A DNA stretch of 32,000 bases, taken from positions 1 through 32,000 of the forward strand of contig DAOOUC010000001.1 in the NCBI GenBank assembly GCA_035390665.1. The letters are read 5' to 3'. The notes below the pieces were generated by a model. The model did not search any database. It saw only the letters and a program-made list of their open reading frames with translations, and was not told the DNA's origin. This DNA is from an archaeon (GTDB lineage Archaea > Iainarchaeota > Iainarchaeia > Iainarchaeales > CSSED10-239). Shown piece by piece: positions 18,024-26,258 of this stretch (within the stretch, counting starts at the first letter, position 1; the number at the start of each line of letters is the position of its first letter). The translations under genes were made by a program, and so were the position numbers.

Positions 18024-20336
18024 ATGAAGATTGGTAACTATACTGTTGGAGATTATGTTGTTGATAATGAGGGGGGAAAGAAAAAGCTTGTCTTTGATTG
18101 TAGACATTGTGTTTACAATACTTCTATATCTGATGATCCGAGATGTAGATACCACGTCATGAAGATATTAGAAACCGTTGATGCTGATGAAGTTATTTTA
18201 GCTGAAGTTTATGAAAGAGTTTATACTCAAAAACAAATTTCATACTTAAGAGAAATGGTTGATCTTTTGCTTGATTTTGAAAATAGAGCTGTTTGGATTT
18301 CATCTCATCTTGGTGTGGATGATATTGATTGTGAAGAGTGCTATCCACAAAGACATAATAATATTATTAGATTTACAAGAGATCTTTTAGCATATGATCC
18401 TATTGCCTCATATATTTCACTTTTAAGAGAAATAGAAAACACAAGAAACAGAGGAGAAGAACAATCTGATAAACCTTGTTCTAAATGTTTTAAAGCCAAT
18501 CTAAAACACCTTCTTTCTTTAAGAGAACAATATGATTCTACTGATTTTATTAAAGCATTAAAACCAATTCTTACTAAAGTAAAAGACTTTAATGACTTAA
18601 CTGACATTTATAAAACACTATTTGAAGCACAAATTAAACCTGCTTTTATTGGCTCACAATTACTTAGAAGTGATGCAGAAAAATTCGAGCTTGTTGACGA
18701 ATATCCTGTTTTAACATCTAATGTTCAGATTTTTAAACACCCTGAAAAGGTTGAATTTATTTACAATATCAATCCTCCAGAGTACACTTTGTCTCCGGAT
18801 CATTATTTTGTTTTATCTAAAACAAAAGAAACTGTTGCTAACTATCAGCCAGGTAAAGTAACTTTAACTTCTGGAAGTGGAACACGAAAATATTTCCAAA
18901 GAATATATCAGAGCACAATTTCTGATGTTGCAAGAAGATATGGAATTAGTCTTTCACCAGATGACGTTATTTCACTTTCAGAAATTGTTACAAGATATAC
19001 TATTGGTTACGGGATATTAGAGATGGTTTTATCAGATAGAAGAGTAACAGATGTTTATATTGATTCTCCAATTGGTGGTAGACCAATCTATCTTGTGCAT
19101 TCACAATATGGCCAATGTCAAACAAATATTCTTTATACAGACAAAGAAGCAGAAAGCCTTATTGGAAAGATGAGAGCAATGTCTGGCAGACCATTTGATG
19201 ATGCTCATCCAATCTTAGACTTTGATATACCCGATCTTAACACAAGAGTTGCTGCTATTGGAAGGCCTCTAGCCACTGATGGTAATGCTTTTGCTTTTAG
19301 ATTACATAAAGATACTCCTTGGACTTTGCCTCAACTTATTAATTTTAAATCACTTAGCCCACTAGCTGCAGGATTATTATCTTTTTTTATTGATAATAAC
19401 TCTACTCTTTTAGTTGCAGGTTCTCGTGGTTCTGGTAAGACTTCTTTAATGACAGCTTTAATGCTTGAAATCTTACAGAATAAAAGAATTATTGTTCAGG
19501 AAGATACCCTCGAGTTACCAATTATGTATCTTAAAGATATTGGATTTAATGCTCAAAGACTTAAAACTAAATCAGCTGTTGGTGCTGGAGAAGAATCTGT
19601 TGAAGTTGAACCTGCTGATGCCTTAAGAACTGCTCTAAGACTTGGCGATTCTGCAATCATTGTTGGTGAAGTTAGAAGTGTTGAAGCAAAAGTTCTTTAT
19701 GAAGCAATGAGAGTTGGTGCTGCGGGAAACGTTGTTATGGGGACAATACACGCAGATTCTGCTTATGCTGTTTGGGATAGAGTTGTTAACGACCTAGAGG
19801 TTCCAACAACCTCTTTTAAAGCAACTGATTTGGTTGTTGTTGCAAGACCAATAAGATTTAAAGGCTCTTTAAAAAGTTATAGAAGAGTTGTTCAGATTAC
19901 TGAAGTTAAAAAACATTGGAATCAAGACCCAGATGCAGAAGGCGGACTTCTTGATATTATGACTTATGATGCAAGTAAAGACTCATTAATACTTAATGAA
20001 GATGCACTTAAGGATTCTGATCTTTTTACAAAGATTTCTACTCTTTCAGGTTTAACTATTGAAGAAATCTGGGATAATATTAAGATGCTTGCAGGAGAAA
20101 AAGAATATCAAGTAGAACTTGCAAGAGAACTTAAATGTATTGAGCTACTTGAAGCAGAAAACACTGTTGCTGCACACAACAAGCTATTGATACTTAAAGA
20201 AGAATGGATAGAAGACCATGGAAAAGTCAATTATTCAGAGCTACTTACAGAATGGAAGAGATGGTATAAAGAAGACTTCTGCCCAAAGATTGTAAAAAGA
20301 ATAAACGAGAATAAAGAAAAGGAAAAAGAAGAATAA
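18024..20336 (+). CDS. type II/IV secretion-system ATPase (FlaI/PilB/VirB11 superfamily) with long N-terminal extension
   Basis: 770 aa. The C-terminal half has Walker A (VAGSRGSGKTSLM), an Asp box (IIVQEDTLEL), Walker B (IIVGEVRSVEA) and a His box (GTIHADSA). The N-terminal region of about 450 aa contains Cys clusters (CRHCVYN..CRYH, CEECYPQRH, CSKCF). Confidence 0.88.
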   Translation: MKIGNYTVGDYVVDNEGGKKKLVFDCRHCVYNTSISDDPRCRYHVMKILETVDADEVILAEVYERVYTQKQISYLREMVDLLLDFENRAVWISSHLGVDDIDCEECYPQRHNNIIRFTRDLLAYDPIASYISLLREIENTRNRGEEQSDKPCSKCFKANLKHLLSLREQYDSTDFIKALKPILTKVKDFNDLTDIYKTLFEAQIKPAFIGSQLLRSDAEKFELVDEYPVLTSNVQIFKHPEKVEFIYNINPPEYTLSPDHYFVLSKTKETVANYQPGKVTLTSGSGTRKYFQRIYQSTISDVARRYGISLSPDDVISLSEIVTRYTIGYGILEMVLSDRRVTDVYIDSPIGGRPIYLVHSQYGQCQTNILYTDKEAESLIGKMRAMSGRPFDDAHPILDFDIPDLNTRVAAIGRPLATDGNAFAFRLHKDTPWTLPQLINFKSLSPLAAGLLSFFIDNNSTLLVAGSRGSGKTSLMTALMLEILQNKRIIVQEDTLELPIMYLKDIGFNAQRLKTKSAVGAGEESVEVEPADALRTALRLGDSAIIVGEVRSVEAKVLYEAMRVGAAGNVVMGTIHADSAYAVWDRVVNDLEVPTTSFKATDLVVVARPIRFKGSLKSYRRVVQITEVKKHWNQDPDAEGGLLDIMTYDASKDSLILNEDALKDSDLFTKISTLSGLTIEEIWDNIKMLAGEKEYQVELARELKCIELLEAENTVAAHNKLLILKEEWIEDHGKVNYSELLTEWKRWYKEDFCPKIVKRINENKEKEKEE

Positions 20337-20340
20337 CTAA

Positions 20341-21234
20341 CTAAGCAGAATACTTTATTATTTTCTTTTTAGGACTAAGTAATTTCTTTTGCTTCTCTTC
20401 TAATTTTTTCTTTTCAGAAAAGTAGTTGTCTTTTGTAACTACTTTTTGATAGGTTTTTGATTCTAGTTCTTTTCTTGCATTCTTTGCTATTCCTCCACCA
20501 ATTATTCCTGACTCTTTGTTTTCTGTAAAACCTGTTGATTTTGTGGATTCTGCAACTTTTCTTGTTGATAATTCTGCTAGGGCTGTAAAAATAATTTCTG
20601 CATCAGTCATGTGATCTCTTAAATTGTCTTTATCTATGCCTTTTAGTTTTTTATGTTCTTTAACTGTTAAATCTGACCACTCTTGATGTATTATGTTTGT
20701 TAATATAGCATATTCCTCTGGAGTTTTAATCTCGTGGTTCTTCCAATAATTTGTTAATTTGTTTCTTATTTCTTGACCAAGCATTCTTTGTTGTATCCAT
20801 TGCTCGTCATAACCTTTTTGTAGCCAGATATTTCTGGCTCTGTTTATGGCTAATTCTGGATCGATTATTTCTTTTATTCTTTGATTACCAACTCTAGCAA
20901 GCCAAAGTTTGAATGGTTCTGCTTTCTTTGAAGGAATTGATTGTATTATTCTAAATATTCCTTCCAAGTTTGCACAATCTGTTTCATAAAATTTGCCATC
21001 AGAAGATTGTAATTTCAGTTGTACGATTTTACCGTACAACTGATTATTAGTTGTAACCACTTCGCTTCCTTCTTCTTTCAGTTTTATTTTAAGATCTGAC
21101 CAATATCTCTTTGGCTCAGAACTTTCAGTTAATGCCCTTACCACATCTACTACAGAGTACCACCAATCTTCTTGATGCCACATCCGTCTTATATTTTTAT
21201 CTTCAAAAACCTCAATTTGATTTATATCACTCAT
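20341..21234 (-). CDS. Bro-N domain protein, DinD-like (DNA-damage-inducible protein D family)
   Basis: N-terminal Bro-N pattern (IRRMWHQEDWWYSVVDVVRALTES..PKRYWSDLK) followed by DCANLEGIFRIIQSIPSKKAEPFKLWLARVG and NLRDHMTDAEIIFTALAE, as in bacterial DinD-type proteins. The track start (21246) is TTG; the ATG at 21232-21234 follows a GGTGA. Confidence 0.8.
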   Translation of the reverse strand: MSDINQIEVFEDKNIRRMWHQEDWWYSVVDVVRALTESSEPKRYWSDLKIKLKEEGSEVVTTNNQLYGKIVQLKLQSSDGKFYETDCANLEGIFRIIQSIPSKKAEPFKLWLARVGNQRIKEIIDPELAINRARNIWLQKGYDEQWIQQRMLGQEIRNKLTNYWKNHEIKTPEEYAILTNIIHQEWSDLTVKEHKKLKGIDKDNLRDHMTDAEIIFTALAELSTRKVAESTKSTGFTENKESGIIGGGIAKNARKELESKTYQKVVTKDNYFSEKKKLEEKQKKLLSPKKKIIKYSA

Positions 21235-21254
21235 CTTGATCACCAATAATATAG

Positions 21255-21425
21255 TAGCGATTATAAGAAGGGGGTATTTTCGGGAGGGTAGCTGTCCAGT
21301 GCAACCGGTTGCGGTCTCATAAAAAATCCTAATTTTTTAGGATCCTAAAAAGTCTTTGACTTTTTTTGAGGTTGGCGCCCAGCCTGGTTGTGTGTTGTTC
21401 TACTAACCCCTTTAGAAAAGTTGTT
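21255..21425. other. extended GC-rich conserved intergenic element, copy 2 (candidate structured RNA or cis-regulatory module)
   Basis: Contains the block TTTTCGGGAGGGTAGCTGTCCAGTGCA (21277-21303), a variable insert with nested inverted repeats, then TTGTGTGTTGTTCTA (21388-21402) and CCCCTTTAGAAAAG (21407-21420). The last two are shared with copy 3. It is markedly more GC-rich than its surroundings. Confidence 0.8.
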
Positions 21426-21533
21426 GCGATCCCAAAAACTACGATTTAAAGAAATGTTTGTTGTTTTCTTGAGAATTAGACATATGAAAATTTCAAATTA
21501 ACAAAATTAAAAAAATAGAAAAAAGGAAGAACT

Positions 21534-21764
21534 TTATTTCTTCTTTTTTTTACTTGATTTTTTTATTTTAGTTTTGGCTTGCTTTTTCTTTTTAGAGAAA
21601 ACAAAGATATATAGCAATGGCAATATACCTGCAGTATTAAAAATAAAAATAAACACAAACCAAATAAGGTGATTATTTTTACCTGCCTTCCATAAAGCTA
21701 TACCTTTCCAAACCATTTCCCATATTGCTAAAAGAACAAATGCAATTAGAACGAATGTATCCAT
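21534..21764 (-). CDS. DUF5652-like small membrane protein
   Basis: 76 aa with two TM helices. The WKGIALWKAGKNN...FIFNTAGILPLLYIF pattern is typical of small CPR/DPANN membrane proteins, and the tail is poly-Lys. A strong AGGAGGG SD lies upstream and oligo-T runs lie downstream. Confidence 0.6.
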   Translation of the reverse strand: MDTFVLIAFVLLAIWEMVWKGIALWKAGKNNHLIWFVFIFIFNTAGILPLLYIFVFSKKKKQAKTKIKKSSKKKKK

Positions 21765-21910
21765 AGTAGTTATCCCTCCTTAAAACAATTTAATTAAAAA
21801 CTTTTAAAAATGGAACTGTAAGCAATATTTTCAGTATATATTTAAAATATTTAAAATAAAGATAATAATCTATAATCTGTTTGGTAGAAACAAAAAGAAA
21901 GTCAATAAAA

Positions 21911-21950
21911 GATGAAAACTCTTGACTACGACACCCTGTATCATCTGCAG
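21911..21950 (-). pseudogene. degenerate relic of the S-layer gene 3' end
   Basis: GATGAAAACTCTTGACTACGACACCCTGTATCATCTGCAG aligns with 23490-27 (GATGAAAGCTCTTGTAGCTGCACCTGTATCATCTGCAG). The alignment includes a 16-nt exact core, CCTGTATCATCTGCAG (21935-21950 = 23512-23527). The relic encodes ..ADDTG.. and then goes out of frame. Confidence 0.7.
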
Positions 21951-21962
21951 AAAAATCTTAAA

Positions 21963-23159
21963 CTAATATAAAAATCCAAATAGAAACAATGGGATTTTAT
22001 TACCATCACAAGCTAAACTATCTACTACTAAATAGTCTGCTTTTTGCTTGTTTTTTTTATTTTCTCCACCAACTTCAAAGACTTTATTATTTATCATAAA
22101 ATCCGCAGATTTCTCTTTACCTGTCTTAATATAACACTCAGCATTACTTAAATATACAAAAAAATCTTCTCTAAGTGAGCCAAGATTTGGATTTTTATTT
22201 AAGGTGTGATTAAAAAAATATCTAAATGGCAAATTAAGAAATATTTTAGGATCTGTTCTTATTAGTGGATATCCTGAATTACAAGATCTTAGTTGTTTTA
22301 AAATATTTATTTTTTCTAAATCTGCAATTATAGCTACAATTGTATTTCTACTCACTCCATTTATAGATTTGGATAAATTTGAATAACTCATTTCAAATGG
22401 AGCAGATGTAGATAATAGATATAAAATGTTATATATGTCTGTTTCAACTTTCGGATTTATAGATCTTAAGTTACTGATGTCTGAATATATTATTTTTTTA
22501 AAAATATTATCTATTGATTTATAAAATTCAGAGATATCTTTACTTTTATTATATAGAAAACCACCGAATTTGCAATAATCAGTATAATAATCATAATATA
22601 TTGAATAATTATTTACTAATGTTTTTCTTTTTTTATTATCTAGTAAGTCTTCTTGCTTTATTGGTTCTATATTTTTATCATACATTATGTTAATGTATTC
22701 TCTTAGGGATGCTTGTTTTAATTCATATAATAAAACCCTTCTTGATAAGTCTGCGCCCTTTAATATATTTAGAGAAGAAGAACTTGTAAAATAAATTTTT
22801 ACTTTTTCTTCATCATAAATATTTTTTAAATGTTGTTGCCAATTTTCTTTGTAAGCTATTTCATCTATAAATATGTTTTTATATTCTTTTTTTATTAAAA
22901 ATTTTAAAATATCATAAAGGCTATATTTAGATAAATATATAGAATCTGCTGAGAAATAAATTGCATCTTTTTTTTTGTCAAATAATTGTAATAGTAATAT
23001 TGTTTTACCAATTCCTCGTAAACCAGTTATTCCTATAAAATAATCAGAATTATAATTTACTAGATCATTATAAAGATATCTAGTTTTTGGATATCCCTTA
23101 ACTACTTCTTTTTTATTTTGACTTTCTTGAAACATTTTAGAAAAGATAACTTCATTCAT
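21963..23159 (-). CDS. AAA+ ATPase (COG1373-like, AAA plus DUF4143-type C-terminal region)
   Basis: 398 aa. Walker A (GITGLRGIGKTILLLQL), Walker B (NIFIDEIAY), and a C-terminal winged-helix-like and nuclease-like region ending in a conserved-looking D/E-rich core (ADFMINNKVFEVGGENK). Confidence 0.75.
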   Translation of the reverse strand: MNEVIFSKMFQESQNKKEVVKGYPKTRYLYNDLVNYNSDYFIGITGLRGIGKTILLLQLFDKKKDAIYFSADSIYLSKYSLYDILKFLIKKEYKNIFIDEIAYKENWQQHLKNIYDEEKVKIYFTSSSSLNILKGADLSRRVLLYELKQASLREYINIMYDKNIEPIKQEDLLDNKKRKTLVNNYSIYYDYYTDYCKFGGFLYNKSKDISEFYKSIDNIFKKIIYSDISNLRSINPKVETDIYNILYLLSTSAPFEMSYSNLSKSINGVSRNTIVAIIADLEKINILKQLRSCNSGYPLIRTDPKIFLNLPFRYFFNHTLNKNPNLGSLREDFFVYLSNAECYIKTGKEKSADFMINNKVFEVGGENKKNKQKADYLVVDSLACDGNKIPLFLFGFLY

Positions 23160-23200
23160 TATTATTCACAAATATATATGAGTGAAAAGGTTTTTAAATA

Positions 23201-23325
23201 TGTCAGAGGATTGACAGAAAATGAGTTTTTTTAGTCAATCTCTTGACAATATAGATTAGCCTGTGCTTTTTAAAAGTGTCATTGAAAATGACGCTTTTTT
23301 CATTTTTTTGTCATTTAAAGTGACA
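23201..23325. promoter_or_regulatory. array of TGTCA-N6/7-TGACA inverted repeats upstream of the AAA ATPase gene
   Basis: TGTCAgaggatTGACA (23201-23216), GTCAAtctcTTGAC (23234-23247), TGTCAttgaaaaTGACg (23277-23293) and TGTCAtttaaagTGACA (23309-23325). All lie within 170 nt upstream of the ATG at 23159. Confidence 0.55.
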
Positions 23326-23432
23326 GATTTAAGTTATTTAAAATTATAATAATTTAGTCTTATAGTAAGAATAAAAATAAACTACAGACATAAAAAGAAT
23401 TAAAATTTAAACTAAAAGAAAAAAGAAAGAAA

Positions 23433-23456
23433 GTTAATAGAATTTCTTCTATTAAC
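23433..23456 (-). terminator. intrinsic terminator-like hairpin downstream of the S-layer gene
   Basis: Perfect 10-bp inverted repeat GTTAATAGAA-TTTC-TTCTATTAAC starting 19 nt past the stop codon. On the minus strand it is followed by a T-rich run (TTTCTTTCTTTTTTCTTTT). Confidence 0.7.
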
Positions 23457-23474
23457 TTATATTGTGTTTTCTAC

Positions 23475-25838
23475 TTATTGTATTGCTGTGATGAAAGCTC
23501 TTGTAGCTGCACCTGTATCATCTGCAGTGAAACCAGCAACAACTATGTTACCTGTTGTAGTATCTTTACCCATTACCCATTGACCTGCTTGTGTTAAGTA
23601 ATCGTTTGTTACACCAACAGCTAACTTGTTAGCTAAGTGACCACCGACTATGATCTTTGTACCAGCAACTGAAGCTAAATCAGACTTTACTAAGTTGATT
23701 GGATCAACATTTGCAGGAACTGTTGTTGTGTATGAACCTGTAGTTGCATCTGTTCCTTCTGTTCCTTCTGTTGTTGTTGTTCCGTTACCTACGAAAACTT
23801 TTCCATATAATTTATCTTCAGGAACTGTTGCTGTAAATGTTCCACCGTCTACTTCTAACTTAGTACCCCATGTTGTATAACCGAATCTCAAATCGTCTGT
23901 TTCTTCTTGATTTAATGTGAATCCTGTTGCTACAACTTGATCTAATCCTGCTTCGTAAGAGGAGTCGTCTGTATCAACTAATTCTCCAGTATATGCATCA
24001 ATATATGCTACTGCAGTTTGTGAAGAATCATCTATTGTTAATGAAAACATAGATTCCATATCTGTGTCTGTTACTGTTGTTGCGCCAACATTTGTTGCAC
24101 CAACATATGTATCTGCATTTGCATCATCTGTGCCTATATCGTAGTAGATTTTACTTACTGTCCATGATTGACTAGATTCTAATGTATCTGTTGCGCCGTC
24201 TTTTAAAGCAACAGCTAATTCTGTTATTGTGTCTGTATCTTCGTTTAAGAATACACCGTATGCTATCTTTTTAGTCTCGTTGTTATATAATGGGATTGTT
24301 ATATCTACGAATCCAACGAAATCATCTGCTTCTCCATCTGATGCATTTCCATCGAAATAGAATTTTTCTGTAGCTGCAGGGGTTGCTGTAGATTTCCATG
24401 ACCAACTGCTAGCTGTAGATAAGAATTTACCGTCGTCATTTTCTAATTGAACGGTGAAATATCCTGATTCCTTTGTACCGGTTTGTGTTAAATCATCGTC
24501 TGTATAGAATTCGAAGTATAAATTTTTTCCATCGATTTCTTTTGTTGTTGTATAATTGTCTCCATCTGCATAAGTGCTGTCGTCGTGTTCATAGATAAAT
24601 ATATCGTGATCATCGTCGCTTGCATCAGTATATGAAAGATATCCGTTTTCAACAATTACTTGTTTACTTGATTCATCACTTAATCCTAAGAAATTTATTT
24701 TTGCAAAGTTGTTTGGTAATGAAATTTCATCTCCAACTTTAAGTGCATCATCATCTTTATAACGTATATCTTGATCATCATTATAGAAACTGATTGTAGT
24801 TACTGTGTCTCCAGAAGAATATGACCCCTCTGCATTAAATTGAACTTTCCATAATTCGTCTCCTATTTCTGGGAAGTCTTCAACAATTTGTCCATCAGTT
24901 AAATCAATTCTTGCACTTGTTCCTGAAACAACAGTTACTCTTGAATTATATACTGTGTCTATTTCTGTATCTATGTCTAAGTAATCATCAAAGATAGTAT
25001 CTCCATCGCCATAGACTTCTGTTGCTAATGTAGTTCCATCTTTACTTATTGACATTTCAACTTCGTATTGTGTTCCTGATGATGAACTCTCTAATATTTC
25101 TTCTATTGTTACAGTATAGTCTTCAACTTCAAAAGATGCACCTACAGTATATGGTATTGTTGCTTTATTTTGTACTAAGGTCATTGTATTTGTGGTATAA
25201 TCTTCTAATGTATATTGTTTACCGAATATATTGAATTTTAAGTCGGGACTTCCGTTATCTGTAGCATTTACATCTATTCCTGGAGTAAACTCTATTCTAT
25301 ACTCTATACCTTCTTTATCAATTGCTGCGGTTAAATCTGCTATGTCTTTATCGTCATCAAATGAAACAGTGGATGTAATATCTAATTTTTCTTTGACATT
25401 TATTGTATCGTCACCAAATTCTTCATCATCTACTCTTACATCATAATCTCCAAGTAGCGTGTAGTCGCCATCATCTAATTCTAATGTTCTTGAATTGCCT
25501 AAATCAAACAAATCGTCACTTAATTTACCGTCTCCGGAAACTGTTGTTGTTCCTGTTGTTCCTTCTGTGCCTGGAATCTCGTATGTGTGTGTCTCGGTTG
25601 TGTATGCTTTAGATGCAATTGCTGCTGCAATGTTACCTGCCCAGATTGAATCTGCTGCTTGTGATTCGTTTCCAACTATTATTGTTGCTGTTGGCATTCC
25701 GTTTGTGCCGATTACGTCGCCCTTTACTACTGGACTACCGAAATCAACTTGTGCTGCTACTGCTGCACCTAAGAAACTTGCACCTACTGCAAGTGCTGCT
25801 GCGCCAGCAATAACTTTTTTTGTATTTATATTCTTCAT
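23475..25838 (-). CDS. putative S-layer/major surface (glyco)protein
   Basis: 787 aa. N-terminal signal peptide (KKVIAGAAALAVGASFLGAAVAA), then an acidic Thr/Asp/Gly-rich, Cys-free sequence with many N-x-S/T sequons. It has a strong GGAGG SD, a long upstream leader, its own terminator, and noticeably higher GC and biased codon use than its neighbours. Confidence 0.7.
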   Translation of the reverse strand: MKNINTKKVIAGAAALAVGASFLGAAVAAQVDFGSPVVKGDVIGTNGMPTATIIVGNESQAADSIWAGNIAAAIASKAYTTETHTYEIPGTEGTTGTTTVSGDGKLSDDLFDLGNSRTLELDDGDYTLLGDYDVRVDDEEFGDDTINVKEKLDITSTVSFDDDKDIADLTAAIDKEGIEYRIEFTPGIDVNATDNGSPDLKFNIFGKQYTLEDYTTNTMTLVQNKATIPYTVGASFEVEDYTVTIEEILESSSSGTQYEVEMSISKDGTTLATEVYGDGDTIFDDYLDIDTEIDTVYNSRVTVVSGTSARIDLTDGQIVEDFPEIGDELWKVQFNAEGSYSSGDTVTTISFYNDDQDIRYKDDDALKVGDEISLPNNFAKINFLGLSDESSKQVIVENGYLSYTDASDDDHDIFIYEHDDSTYADGDNYTTTKEIDGKNLYFEFYTDDDLTQTGTKESGYFTVQLENDDGKFLSTASSWSWKSTATPAATEKFYFDGNASDGEADDFVGFVDITIPLYNNETKKIAYGVFLNEDTDTITELAVALKDGATDTLESSQSWTVSKIYYDIGTDDANADTYVGATNVGATTVTDTDMESMFSLTIDDSSQTAVAYIDAYTGELVDTDDSSYEAGLDQVVATGFTLNQEETDDLRFGYTTWGTKLEVDGGTFTATVPEDKLYGKVFVGNGTTTTEGTEGTDATTGSYTTTVPANVDPINLVKSDLASVAGTKIIVGGHLANKLAVGVTNDYLTQAGQWVMGKDTTTGNIVVAGFTADDTGAATRAFITAIQ

Positions 25839-26258
25839 TTTATTTCCTCCATTGTTGATTTTCTTTTTCTAGAAAAGAAAACCGTTTTGTTTTATGAAGA
25901 TTGAATCTGCATTTATGTTTTGACCTAAAAAAATAAAACGGTACTAAACAGATTCACACTAATGTCTCGAAGTAATTACTTCAAGATATAAGACTTTATT
26001 GTGGAATAATGTTTATAAATGGTTTGTTTTTGGATTGTTAACAACTGGTGCTTATAAATGCATGCAGAGAAAGGGATTACAGGAAATATTGGTTGTTTGG
26101 TTATGTATAACTAACTACTAAAAAGCTAATTTTTAAAAAAAATTAAAAGTAAGAGACTAATATATATATAATATATTATAAAAGAGAAATAAGATTACAA
26201 AAATCCCTGTAAGACTTATATCTTTTTCTGCCCTTTCTTCTTTAGATATATCTCTAAC

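Noticed and set aside
451-20336. Other short antisense or overlapping ORFs in the track. Examples: 451..636, 1294..1545, 2245..2445, 2828..3055, 2922..3212, 4949..5137, 6144..6455, 7836..8162, 8352..8573, 8696..8977, 9665..9877, 11121..11321, 11507..11731, 12304..12501, 12984..13810 group, 16299..16625, 16923..17156, 18341..18607
   Set aside because: Each lies inside or opposite a longer ORF with a clear family signature (ackA, permease, topo VI, RIO, MCM, RPA, ATPase and so on). Their sequences are the Leu/Phe/Ile-rich products expected from the reverse strand of AT-rich coding DNA.
25049-25872. Plus-strand ORFs overlapping the S-layer gene (25049..25234, 25231..25446, 25403..25612, 25495..25872, 25613..25813; also 23650..23880)
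   Set aside because: These are antisense shadow frames of a long, compositionally biased minus-strand gene. Their translations are low-complexity (Leu/Ser/Val runs), lack SD motifs, and overlap one another in several frames.
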